Shown here: one piece after another, positions 10,467-18,716 of the stretch
Layout of the letters: every line of letters begins with the position of its first letter
Numbering within the stretch: position 1 is the first letter of the stretch
DNA from: a virus
Taxonomy: Duplodnaviria > Caudoviricetes
Reading direction: 5' to 3' (one strand)
IMG/VR virus record: IMGVR_UViG_3300047669_000545
Location: 1-37,070 of that record
DNA: 37,070 bases
Made by a program: the position numbers and the translations under genes
Notes under the pieces: generated by a model
Database searches by the model: none
Seen by the model: the letters and a program-made list of their open reading frames with translations, nothing else
Told to the model about the DNA's origin: nothing

Positions 10467-10808
10467 TTATGGCTTAGTAACACTTGCTATATGTTTATCA
10501 TAGCTACTGTATTTCTTTTTAAGAAACTTATCAACTTTATATATCTTAATACCATCTACTGTACTGTGATAATCTATATATTTTTTAAACATAGAATTCA
10601 TTACATCTAAAGAAATAGTACAATATATATCATCTGCTTGTACTATTTCAGACACAAAATATTTCCATACTTTAGCAAAATTCATTTTAGATACCATATC
10701 AGGAGCAATATATAACCCTGCTACCATATAGCCATTCAAAGCACGATTAAATCTATAAAATAAAACAGCTTCTCCTTCTTGTATTAAACTACTATGCGCA
10801 AATATCAT
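10467..10808 (-). CDS. Hypothetical protein, possibly a degenerate GNAT-fold acyltransferase
   Basis: 113 aa, TAATG-coupled to the ketosynthase gene. YMVAGLYIAPD followed by an amphipathic helix resembles GNAT beta4-alpha3, but the Q/RxxGxG motif is absent. Confidence 0.4.
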   Translation of the reverse strand: MIFAHSSLIQEGEAVLFYRFNRALNGYMVAGLYIAPDMVSKMNFAKVWKYFVSEIVQADDIYCTISLDVMNSMFKKYIDYHSTVDGIKIYKVDKFLKKKYSSYDKHIASVTKP

Positions 10809-11821
10809 TATAAAATCTCCACTACAGCAGATGAAAATGTATTACCCATACCAGCTCCTAAGCTAAGAAACTTACCAGATTCTTCTTGTACTGCTAATGC
10901 TGTTTCTACAGCAGTAGACACTCCCATAGTATGGCCAATGCGTAATTTATAGTTAATTGTTTTAATATCTCCAAATATATCTTTAATTAACTTACTTTCT
11001 ATATCATTATCATTTGAAAAAGTACTATGAGTTTTTATAAAATCAATATTATCTGTATTAACTCTAGTCATTACTTTTTTATATCCAATGCCTTCACATG
11101 AAATACCTAATGGAGACACATGATATTCCGCTGCTATATGTATATCTTTAATTTTAGCTAATACATTGTTGTTTGTATTGTAATTACACGATTCACTTTC
11201 AAATACTGATATATTGCATGCTTGTCCTAAGTGAAATTTAATAATATCTAAGTTATCTTCTTCATTAGCTAATTTACTTAATTCATGTTCGCCAAATACA
11301 TGTAAGTATTCTTCTGAAAGCCCATTATCTACTGCGATAACTACAACTGCGTCAAGACGCTCTAATTGCAATAAAGTGTAAGCAGTATACCAAGCAGAAT
11401 GCCCACTAATACAACTTACACTATCTGTTGATATATAATCAAAAGATCCTAATTGACTAGCTAAATACCCAGCGTATACTTGAGTAACTGCCATAGGTGC
11501 TAATCTAAACACAGGATACTGATCAGTTTTAGGAATACATGTTGTGTACCCCATCCAACAAGTACTGCCTGAAGCTAATATTAACCCTACTTTACGAGTA
11601 GGAGTAGCTAATAATTTTTTAATATAATCCCGAGTTCCAGGGGCAGCTCCATGTTTACCTGTAAGAACATATCGTACTAATTCGCTAGCTACTAGTTTAA
11701 TTCCTTTTGTAACTAACTTGCCTCCTCCATTTCCGACTTGATGAACATACTGAGGATATGGAATATGATCTAATAAAGTCAACTTTTCTGAATAAACAGA
11801 ATTAGTATGAGTCAGTAGCAT
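10808..11821 (-). CDS. Divergent beta-ketoacyl-ACP synthase (FabF/FabB-like ketosynthase)
   Basis: Catalytic-type motifs DSVSCISG (Cys), FIKTHST (His), YKLRIGHTMG (Lys/His) and C-terminal SLGAGMGNTFSSAVV. Likely start is ATG 11821 (MLLTHT), just after the ACP stop, giving 337 aa. Confidence 0.85.
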   Translation of the reverse strand: MLLTHTNSVYSEKLTLLDHIPYPQYVHQVGNGGGKLVTKGIKLVASELVRYVLTGKHGAAPGTRDYIKKLLATPTRKVGLILASGSTCWMGYTTCIPKTDQYPVFRLAPMAVTQVYAGYLASQLGSFDYISTDSVSCISGHSAWYTAYTLLQLERLDAVVVIAVDNGLSEEYLHVFGEHELSKLANEEDNLDIIKFHLGQACNISVFESESCNYNTNNNVLAKIKDIHIAAEYHVSPLGISCEGIGYKKVMTRVNTDNIDFIKTHSTFSNDNDIESKLIKDIFGDIKTINYKLRIGHTMGVSTAVETALAVQEESGKFLSLGAGMGNTFSSAVVEIL

Positions 11822-11822
11822 A

Positions 11823-12197
11823 TTAGGACTTTGAATTATCCGTTTTAGATCGTATAGCGTCATCATCATTATTAAATGAATGTTTAGAATACGCCATAGC
11901 ATCATTATACGTAAAAGTTTGAGTAGCTTCTCTACTTATAAAATCTTTTAAAGTTCTAATAGTAAAATCCTTTTCTTTTGCAAGCTCTTGAAATTTATCT
12001 TCAGGAATGCCAAAAAAATCAGATACCCAAATAAAAAACATCATAACACTTAGGCTATCTAACCCATGAAGGTTAAAACTATCATCCATACTAGTTATTG
12101 GTTCGTATTCCTCATCTTCATCATGATCTTCTTTTAAAATTATATTAACAATGTATAAAAATTCTGGATCATCGAATGTAAATTTAACTTTTTCCAT
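11823..12197 (-). CDS. Acyl carrier protein (phosphopantetheine-binding)
   Basis: Very acidic 124 aa protein with GLDSLS (Ser48 attachment site), then a helix, FGIPE and TIRTLKDFI in typical ACP spacing; about 30 aa C-terminal extension. Confidence 0.85.
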   Translation of the reverse strand: MEKVKFTFDDPEFLYIVNIILKEDHDEDEEYEPITSMDDSFNLHGLDSLSVMMFFIWVSDFFGIPEDKFQELAKEKDFTIRTLKDFISREATQTFTYNDAMAYSKHSFNNDDDAIRSKTDNSKS

Positions 12198-12346
12198 AGT
12201 ATTAAATATATTATCATTAAAAGGGATAATAAATATGCATTAAACCTATAATAGCAATGTTACTTATGTATTATATAACAAATATGCGTGTATAGTGCAA
12301 ATTAGAACTATAGCTTATTAAAGTAATCAATTAAAAAGGAGATAAC
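12198..12346. promoter_or_regulatory. AT-rich divergent intergenic region, likely promoters for the ACP-KS-portal unit and for the endolysin
   Basis: Non-coding gap between divergent genes; the minus strand has TTGCAC followed by TGTTATATAAT (sigma70-like elements, spacing imperfect). Confidence 0.45.
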
Positions 12347-12709
12347 GTGGGAGACCTAACAGATAATTTTAGTAGAGCTGAATATACCTGTAAATGTGGA
12401 TGTGGAAAAGATAATATTAAAGATGAACTAGCTATAAAAGTGCAGCAAGTTAGAGATATCTTAGGTAGATCTATAACTATAAATAGTGGCATTAGATGCA
12501 GTAATCATAATAGTGCAATTAATGCAACACCTACATCTAGTCATATAGAAGGATGGGCTGCTGATTTAGCATACAACGGAGCCTCAAATAGGTATGAGCT
12601 ACTGCATGCTGCTATGCAAGTCTTTGACAGGGTTGGGATTGCAAAGACTTTTATACACGTAGATGTAGATGCTAACAAGACTGCCGGTGTAGTTTGGATG
12701 TATTCTTAA
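12347..12709 (+). CDS. Peptidase M15A-family endolysin (Zn peptidase)
   Basis: NFS..E..CKCGCG, INSGIRC..HN, SSH..G.AAD and FIHVD motifs; GTG start with AAGGAG RBS. Confidence 0.9.
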   Translation: MGDLTDNFSRAEYTCKCGCGKDNIKDELAIKVQQVRDILGRSITINSGIRCSNHNSAINATPTSSHIEGWAADLAYNGASNRYELLHAAMQVFDRVGIAKTFIHVDVDANKTAGVVWMYS

Positions 12710-12802
12710 TTAATGCATTCTTGACATTGCTATAACATAAAAACTTGCTAATAATACAAACACAGCTACTGATCCTCCCATAATCCAAAGAAACAGTTTC
12801 AT
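12710..12802 (-). CDS. 30-aa single-transmembrane micro-protein
   Basis: MKLFLWIMGGSVAVFVLLASFYVIAMSRMH; TAATG overlap with the upstream micro-ORF. Confidence 0.5.
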   Translation of the reverse strand: MKLFLWIMGGSVAVFVLLASFYVIAMSRMH

Positions 12803-12906
12803 TAATACCCCTTTTTTACTTTCTTTTTCTTTTTAGGTTTACGCGGTGTAGTTGTAATTGGTTGTTTATTTGGTTTGACTACGTCATATCTTTCATAGTA
12901 AGTCAT
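12802..12906 (-). CDS. 34-aa basic micro-protein
   Basis: MTYYERYDVVKPNKQPITTTPRKPKRKKKVKKGY; ATGA overlap with the nuclease stop. Confidence 0.45.
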   Translation of the reverse strand: MTYYERYDVVKPNKQPITTTPRKPKKKKKVKKGY

Positions 12907-13313
12907 AGTTTTTTCCGTTTTGAGATTTTAAGTCTATTCTTTAAATGTTCTTTTTCAATACTTTCTTTACTCTGTCCAAAGTATTCAACAGCTAAATGCT
13001 GTTTAACCATTTGTTGGTTTAAATTAACTTCATCAACTACTATCTCACCAAGTATTCTACCAAATTTACCCTTCTTATCTAAATAGGTTCTAAGCGTAAT
13101 GTAAGAGCCCTTCTTACACCTATCTTTTAAGAACTGAGCTGATAGCTTACCGTAGAATTTCTCTTCTTTATCGCGTGTTCGTGACTCAGGAGTATCTATT
13201 CCAAATAGTCTAATTCTTTGGTTAGAAAGAATAATACTAAACCCTAGATCTATATCTACATCTATAGTATCCCCATCTACTACTTTAACTACTTTTGCTT
13301 TGTATTCATTCAT
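12903..13313 (-). CDS. Thermonuclease (SNase-like) family protein
   Basis: KVVDGDTID.DIDLGF, RIRLFGIDTPESRT and GKFGRILG motifs; likely start MNEYKAK at 13313. Confidence 0.88.
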   Translation of the reverse strand: MNEYKAKVVKVVDGDTIDVDIDLGFSIILSNQRIRLFGIDTPESRTRDKEEKFYGKLSAQFLKDRCKKGSYITLRTYLDKKGKFGRILGEIVVDEVNLNQQMVKQHLAVEYFGQSKESIEKEHLKNRLKISKRKKL

Positions 13314-13341
13314 ACGTGCTATTCCCTGGTTGCCATCAAGG

Positions 13342-13680
13342 TTATTCGAGTATTCTTTTTGTTTTACCTTTAAGTTTATCAACCACACCTTTATCTTTTT
13401 TACACACTTCTCTATATATGTCGTTGTTTCTACTAACTTTAGATAGATCTTTACTGACGACTTCAGGAGGGTTACTGTCCAGTAACCATTTCTTAGTCGC
13501 GTCATTTAGTTTAATTTCGTCATACCATAAACACTCTTTAGAGTAGTAGTCATTATGGTCATAAAATCCTAAACCAAAATTAACTACAGGAGGTATTAAT
13601 TCAACTAAAGGTAAACCACTACATCCCATCGAGAACATCAGGCATACCAGCACGAGTCCTAACTTTAGCTTTAGCTTCAT
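13342..13680 (-). CDS. Lipoprotein, possible o-spanin (Rz1-like)
   Basis: Start MKLKLKLGLVLVCLMFSMG-C has a lipoprotein-type signal; overlaps the 3' end of the upstream membrane-protein gene in another frame. Confidence 0.55.
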   Translation of the reverse strand: MKLKLKLGLVLVCLMFSMGCSGLPLVELIPPVVNFGLGFYDHNDYYSKECLWYDEIKLNDATKKWLLDSNPPEVVSKDLSKVSRNNDIYREVCKKDKGVVDKLKGKTKRILE

Positions 13681-13906
13681 CAATCTCTTTTTCCACATCA
13701 TTTTGAGCAGCCATTCCTTTAGGATGGTTAATGTTATTAAATACATTACCTGCTAACCAGTTGAATATAGGCCAAACAGTTCCAAGCACTGGGATCTTTT
13801 GTACAAATTTATCAGGTAAAGAACCTGTGATTGCTGTAAATAGCAATACTATTTGTCCTACTATTGCAAACCATCCTTGTCCTTCAAACATTGCAGCTAT
13901 ATCCAT
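13619..13906 (-). CDS. Membrane protein, holin or i-spanin candidate
   Basis: 95 aa, one or two hydrophobic segments and a charged C-terminus; AGGAG RBS. Confidence 0.5.
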   Translation of the reverse strand: MDIAAMFEGQGWFAIVGQIVLLFTAITGSLPDKFVQKIPVLGTVWPIFNWLAGNVFNNINHPKGMAAQNDVEKEIDEAKAKVRTRAGMPDVLDGM

Positions 13907-13907
13907 A

Positions 13908-14189
13908 TTATTCTCCTAAGTTTACTTTATACCAGTGATTTGGATGTCTAATAAATGTTGGGCTATTTATATCATAAATAGCATAGCAATTATCATTAGA
14001 TGATTTAAATACCATTTCATTAGCATTTCTTGGTCTAAATTTACATGATACTGGATTAGCATTGTAACTTACCTCTAAACCGGATTTATGTATAATCTGT
14101 ATTTGTGTTGGGATCTTATTCACAGACCAATTAACTAATTTACTTGGAGATGGAATCATAAGTATGATCGTTATGATCAACTCATTCAT
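13908..14189 (-). CDS. Hypothetical protein
   Basis: 93 aa, hydrophobic N-terminus, ATGA-coupled to the upstream gene. Confidence 0.5.
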   Translation of the reverse strand: MNELIITIILMIPSPSKLVNWSVNKIPTQIQIIHKSGLEVSYNANPVSCKFRPRNANEMVFKSSNDNCYAIYDINSPTFIRHPNHWYKVNLGE

Positions 14190-14398
14190 TTTTTCTTAGT
14201 CGTATCCCGATCAGTTCCCATTTTCCAAGTAGCAGCACCACCTATACCAAGTAGACCCCATGCTTCCTGTGAAAAACTGTGAAAACCCATCATCTGACAT
14301 CCCATCATTAATGCACCTACTAACATTAGTGCATATGTTTTATATCCTGGTATTGCTTTATCTATAAAACCAATTATAGTTGAAATTACTGGTGTCAT
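14186..14398 (-). CDS. Small holin-like membrane protein
   Basis: 70 aa, GYKTY followed by two hydrophobic segments and a basic C-terminus (TKKK); AGGAG RBS. Confidence 0.6.
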   Translation of the reverse strand: MTPVISTIIGFIDKAIPGYKTYALMLVGALMMGCQMMGFHSFSQEAWGLLGIGGAATWKMGTDRDTTKKK

Positions 14399-14407
14399 AT
14401 TATTCTC

Positions 14408-14476
14408 CTAGTTATGAGCTATTAGCCATATAGCTAAGGTTACCGCACTAGCTAAAAAAAACCAAACTCTAGTCAT
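14408..14476 (-). CDS. 22-aa hydrophobic micro-protein
   Basis: MTRVWFFLASAVTLAIWLIAHN; fills the gap between neighbours and overlaps the upstream stop. Confidence 0.35.
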   Translation of the reverse strand: MTRVWFFLASAVTLAIWLIAHN

Positions 14477-14690
14477 TTTTCTTATCTAAAATATGAGTAA
14501 GTATAATGTCTACATTACGTTCAATAGGTTTTATTACTAAACGTAGATCCTCTTTAGTAGCCACTACTTTTTCAAGAGCAGATATACGTTGATCTAGTAA
14601 ATCACTTTTAGAATACACCCTTTTTGTGATAAAACCGCCTAATAACACAACAACGCCAATTAACATTTCATTAAACTTATCAGATATCAT
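14469..14690 (-). CDS. Small protein with N-terminal transmembrane helix and coiled coil
   Basis: 73 aa, MLIGVVVLLGGFI then a heptad-like charged region. Confidence 0.55.
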   Translation of the reverse strand: MISDKFNEMLIGVVVLLGGFITKRVYSKSDLLDQRISALEKVVATKEDLRLVIKPIERNVDIILTHILDKKND

Positions 14691-15012
14691 TTTTTTCTCT
14701 AGATGTGTAAGTTTTAATATGTTTTATCTTATCTGCTTTGTTTTTCTCCATATCGTTAATACGCCTATGAATTGACGTAACATCTGTTTTGTGTTCCCCA
14801 CGTCCAACACTTAAATGCTGATTTTCATCTACTCGTCTATCTAACTCATGTACTAATGTTGCTATATTAGCATGTTCTAATTTTGTATCTTGAGCATCAG
14901 CTTTTCCTTTTTCAAGAATATCGATTTTACTTGTTATGCGGTTCAAGGCCCAGCTTCCAAGCCCAATAAACAACACCCATAAATGCTCGAGAATACTTGC
15001 TGTTATATTCAT
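14680..15012 (-). CDS. Protein with N-terminal transmembrane helix and coiled coil
   Basis: 110 aa, LWVLFIGLGSWAL then a charged helical region; overlaps both neighbours. Confidence 0.55.
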   Translation of the reverse strand: MNITASILEHLWVLFIGLGSWALNRITSKIDILEKGKADAQDTKLEHANIATLVHELDRRVDENQHLSVGRGEHKTDVTSIHRRINDMEKNKADKIKHIKTYTSREKNDI

Positions 15013-15584
15013 TTTGTTTTACTCATTGCTGCTAATGGATTTTCAAGAGCTTTAGTTATTTTCTTATCTAGTTTATTCTCTAATGCTTCTATTTGGCTAT
15101 CTACATGTTGTAATTTATTATCTACTTTTTGTAGCTTATCATCCCATCGTTTAGATGTGTTAGCTATTAGTGCTCTTACTTCATTCTCCGCATTCCGCAT
15201 TGCTGTTCGCGTCTCTAAGCCGTCTTCTCTTGATCGTTTATCTATTGCAGCTATTTGATCTGAAAATCCATTAATATCTGTCTTCATAGTTGTTCTTATA
15301 TCTCGTGTAGTATCTTGAGCTTCATCTACACTTTCTTTTATAGAGTTAATCTCAGTACTAATCAGTTCTTTTGTAGTATTAACCTCAATATCTAGTATTC
15401 CTAACTGCTTATCAAATGCAGAAAGATCTGGTGCTACATATGACGTTATTTGTTTCTTCATATCCTGGTAATCTTTATAGAACTCAAATCCACCCCAAAG
15501 AGCACCACCAACAGTACCTAATAAAGATATTATGACGAATAATTTACCGCCAGTTGCTTTTATTCCTCCGTATTCTACTTCCAT
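15009..15584 (-). CDS. Membrane-anchored coiled-coil protein
   Basis: GGKLFVIISLLGTVGGALWGGFEFYKDY anchor, long coiled coil, C-terminal KALENPL. Confidence 0.7.
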   Translation of the reverse strand: MEVEYGGIKATGGKLFVIISLLGTVGGALWGGFEFYKDYQDMKKQITSYVAPDLSAFDKQLGILDIEVNTTKELISTEINSIKESVDEAQDTTRDIRTTMKTDINGFSDQIAAIDKRSREDGLETRTAMRNAENEVRALIANTSKRWDDKLQKVDNKLQHVDSQIEALENKLDKKITKALENPLAAMSKTK

Positions 15585-15593
15585 AGTTACTTA

Positions 15594-16766
15594 CTATTTA
15601 TACTGTGAATTAATCATCTTATCCATCAGTGTATCACTACCTAATGCGTAAATGGAACCTAAAGGATCTATAAGTGTAGCCTCATAAGGAACTTCACTAG
15701 TATAAAATGCAGCATCTGGTATTTCTTGTTGTTGGTAAGCACGAAATCCTGGTGTTCCAAGAATACTCATTAATGCTAGTTTAGTACTATCTGTATCTCC
15801 TCCTGCCATCGAGACTGCTTGTAGTACTCTTGTAACTATAGCCTGTACAGCTTTAGCTTTATCTGATTTAGTTTGTTTTGATTCAGCTTTAGATTTACTT
15901 ACTACTGATTTAACTTTAGCTACAGCAGTAGCAACTTTAGGTGCAACTGGTGCTGGAGTACTAGGAGCAGCCATACCAGTATTAATCTTTATTTGTTGGA
16001 TTGCGCCTCCTACAGAAGGAACTGACATACTTATAGCACCTGGGCTTGCTGCTACAGGAATATTAAGAGATTGTGTTCCACTTGGAGTAACAACGTTAAT
16101 TTGCATATTTGCTGTATTCATATTCATGCTATCTATAAGAATATCATCGACAGCATTAGCAACTAAATTTAAAATAGTATCTTCTGCTTGATTAATAAGA
16201 TTATAAGTAGAAGTTAAGTTGATCGCATTTGTTTGTGGCCCATTATACCCATGAGTTAAACTAGTGCCCTCAAGTATTAACCCAAATGTAGCAAGTGAAT
16301 ACGCTAATGTATTTTCAGGAACTATTAATTGACTAGTTATTGTTTCATATGATTGTCCTGCATGAGTAGTAAATTCCTGAGTATCTGAATAAGTAGTAGT
16401 ACCGTCTGTTACTTTAATTTGTACTGTAAATGCATCACCGCCTATGTAGTTCCTATCTCTTAAGCCAATAGAACTATCCATAGTAAACCCTTGAAGCATT
16501 TCAGCTTCAGTCATAAATGTTTTGATATTATTAGTAATATTCCAATCGCCACCATGACTGTCCCAGTACACTACATCATCGTCAGAACCGCCATCAGAGT
16601 AAATATTAGATCGTGGATCCCATGAACAAGCTGCATCATTTCTGCCACAAACATGAGTAGCTCCTGTAGATTTCTCTGTTACATCAGCAGTAGTTGCTGT
16701 ATCTGCAAATACAGGAGTACAAAACAACAAGATAATTAAAACTACATGTAAGTAAATCTTATTCAT
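15594..16766 (-). CDS. Secreted protein of unknown function
   Basis: Signal peptide MNKIYLHVVLIILLFCTPVFA, beta-rich domain, Pro/Ala/Lys linker, C-terminal PGF.AY...IPDA.FY region. Confidence 0.65.
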   Translation of the reverse strand: MNKIYLHVVLIILLFCTPVFADTATTADVTEKSTGATHVCGRNDAACSWDPRSNIYSDGGSDDDVVYWDSHGGDWNITNNIKTFMTEAEMLQGFTMDSSIGLRDRNYIGGDAFTVQIKVTDGTTTYSDTQEFTTHAGQSYETITSQLIVPENTLAYSLATFGLILEGTSLTHGYNGPQTNAINLTSTYNLINQAEDTILNLVANAVDDILIDSMNMNTANMQINVVTPSGTQSLNIPVAASPGAISMSVPSVGGAIQQIKINTGMAAPSTPAPVAPKVATAVAKVKSVVSKSKAESKQTKSDKAKAVQAIVTRVLQAVSMAGGDTDSTKLALMSILGTPGFRAYQQQEIPDAAFYTSEVPYEATLIDPLGSIYALGSDTLMDKMINSQYK

Positions 16767-17310
16767 AAGGATTCCAGCCCTCATTGTATGACTTATCTGT
16801 ATCTTCTGAGCTAAATGTATCTAGCCTGACAACCTTATCGTGGTTTTCTTTCTTATTTCTCCATTCATGATAATCAGGTCTTCGGTATGGCTCTTTATCC
16901 CATATTACTTTTGCGGCTTCTCCAATTTTTCCATCTATAGGACATGGAGTACCTGCCATTTCCATAGCTTGAAACACTCTAGTATCCTGACATAGTAAAG
17001 ACACAGAGGCTACTTTCATGCCCATACCATACAGAGAACGTGCAAGCTTTAGTCTTTCACAATTTTTATCTTCAACTGTTCTACCAAAAGAAAGACCAAA
17101 CCATGCAGATTGAGCTGCACCACTAATACCGGTAGTACACACATCTTGATTATTTATAATTATATTTGGGGATACAGCTGTGCTTGGTGTTCTATCTACT
17201 GTAGTTGTACCAGTAACTGTTGAAGAACTAACGGTATTACTATCAACAGCGTACAACGTAGAAGGTAACCAAAATATTATACATACAATAAGAACAATAA
17301 AGTAATTCAT
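16759..17310 (-). CDS. Secreted Cys-containing protein of unknown function
   Basis: Likely start MNYFIVLIV (signal peptide); DVCTTGISG, NCERLKLARSLYGMGMKVASVSLLCQD and AGTPCP motifs, which I recall from marine phage hypothetical proteins. Confidence 0.7.
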   Translation of the reverse strand: MNYFIVLIVCIIFWLPSTLYAVDSNTVSSSTVTGTTTVDRTPSTAVSPNIIINNQDVCTTGISGAAQSAWFGLSFGRTVEDKNCERLKLARSLYGMGMKVASVSLLCQDTRVFQAMEMAGTPCPIDGKIGEAAKVIWDKEPYRRPDYHEWRNKKENHDKVVRLDTFSSEDTDKSYNEGWNPYE

Positions 17311-17399
17311 TAGTGTGGTGCCGGAGCTACCTGTGGAAGCAAAATATAAAGCCCATACATGCACCCCAGTAATATTGATATGTAGAGTATTAATTTCAT
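17310..17399 (-). CDS. 29-aa single-transmembrane micro-protein
   Basis: MKLILYISILLGCMYGLYILLPQVAPAPH; ATGA overlap upstream and TAATG overlap downstream. Confidence 0.5.
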   Translation of the reverse strand: MKLILYISILLGCMYGLYILLPQVAPAPH

Positions 17400-17761
17400 T
17401 CAACCCATTGTGTATTATCTTCATCCCATTGATACCACTTGCTGTAATCAGGATAAGCTGTAGGTGCGTTCCACTGACAAGTATCATCGTCTAACGTCCA
17501 CGATGGGTAAGGTTGTGGGCTATAAAAAGCATCTCTAGTTGAATCGTATGTATAACCTATGCCAGCGTAATTTTTTCTTAGTGCTACACCATTATCTGGA
17601 GTGTTTGAATCTGGAGCATAATGAACTCCACCTCTGGTGTTGTATGAAGTTTGTATCCACATAGATGCATCACCAAGTTTACCACTGTCGATAAAATCTT
17701 GATCTACAACATGAACACGTTGAACTATATTTTCATTATCTATTTCAGCAAAATGACTCAT
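17396..17761 (-). CDS. Fibre-associated small protein, paralog 1 (putative chaperone/tip partner)
   Basis: W.QTSYNT...LRKNYAGIGYTYD..RDAF..PQPYPSWTL...TC.W..P...WDED; follows a Gly-rich fibre gene. Confidence 0.7.
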   Translation of the reverse strand: MSHFAEIDNENIVQRVHVVDQDFIDSGKLGDASMWIQTSYNTRGGVHYAPDSNTPDNGVALRKNYAGIGYTYDSTRDAFYSPQPYPSWTLDDDTCQWNAPTAYPDYSKWYQWDEDNTQWVE

Positions 17762-17771
17762 AATTTATTTC

Positions 17772-18707
17772 CTATTGAAATTTGTAACGAATAATTACCA
17801 CACCAGAACCGCCATTCCCACTAGTTCCTGATCCTGAACCCACACCGCCACCGCCTGATCCTGTATTTGCCGTACCATTACCTCCACTTCCATTGCCAGA
17901 GCCAGAATGTCCACCCCCACCAATTCCACTTCCTCCTGCCCCACCATTGCTATAACCTGCATAACCTGAGCCCCCACCTCCACCAGCACGGATTACTGGC
18001 GATCCAGTTATAGAACTAGATGAACCAGAACCACCTACACCACCATTTGAACCAGCATTACCACCTATACTTCCAGCACCACCTCCACCTGCACTTGAAT
18101 ATGGAGCGCCTACAACACCAGTACCTCCAGCATTTCCCTGACCAGCAGGAGAAGCAGCACCTCCTGTTGTTACGACACCGTTACCTCCAGATCCACCACC
18201 TCCAGATCCACCTGCTTGACCAGCACCCCAGTAACCACCACGACCTCCCCCAGTTGCAACAATGTCTGTTATAGAAGCATGTGAGATTGATGAATTTTCA
18301 CCGTTAGTACCAGCTCCTCCAGATCCACCTATTCCAGAGCCACCACCACCCACATCTATGGTATACGTAACTGCGGTTACAGCAAAGCTTGAGGCGGTAA
18401 GATAGCCACCAGCACCACCTCCACCAGCAGCCCCAGATGAGCCAGCACCTCCACCAGCAATAACTAGATACTGAATGATTGCATCATCACCCAATGTTGT
18501 AATTTGGAATGTTCCATCACCAGTAAATGTAGCTACTTTATAATCTGTTACCCCATCTTGAACATGCGTATTACCACCATTTGCCACTGTCCAAGATACA
18601 TGTTGCCAAGTATCACCATTTTTAGATGTGTAGAGTGCAGCAGTTCCACCATTGTGAGTTGCTATAGTATCTTCTGCTATTCCATTAATTGTTGCTAAAG
18701 TTGGCAT
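17772..18707 (-). CDS. Glycine-rich tail fibre/receptor-binding protein
   Basis: YLVIAGGGAG...GGGGAGG, AGGGGG and GGSGVVIIRY Gly-rich domain. Confidence 0.75.
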   Translation of the reverse strand: MPTLATINGIAEDTIATHNGGTAALYTSKNGDTWQHVSWTVANGGNTHVQDGVTDYKVATFTGDGTFQITTLGDDAIIQYLVIAGGGAGSSGAAGGGGAGGYLTASSFAVTAVTYTIDVGGGGSGIGGSGGAGTNGENSSISHASITDIVATGGGRGGYWGAGQAGGSGGGGSGGNGVVTTGGAASPAGQGNAGGTGVVGAPYSSAGGGGAGSIGGNAGSNGGVGGSGSSSSITGSPVIRAGGGGGSGYAGYSNGGAGGSGIGGGGHSGSGNGSGGNGTANTGSGGGGVGSGSGTSGNGGSGVVIIRYKFQ

Positions 18708-18716
18708 AATTTTTCC

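Noticed and set aside
11822-11905. Longer N-termini given by the ORF track (KS 11905, nuclease 13505, lipoprotein 13746, 17487, 28806, FabZ 31073, 35688)
   Set aside because: The extensions overlap upstream genes, hairpins or a terminator; downstream ATGs have better RBS, coupling or signal peptides.
10467-12197. Host chromosomal fab operon (prophage boundary or misassembly)
   Set aside because: Flanked on both sides by phage genes with tight spacing and similar AT-richness; no fabG/fabD/plsX context and no integrase seen. Read mapping would still be the definitive check.
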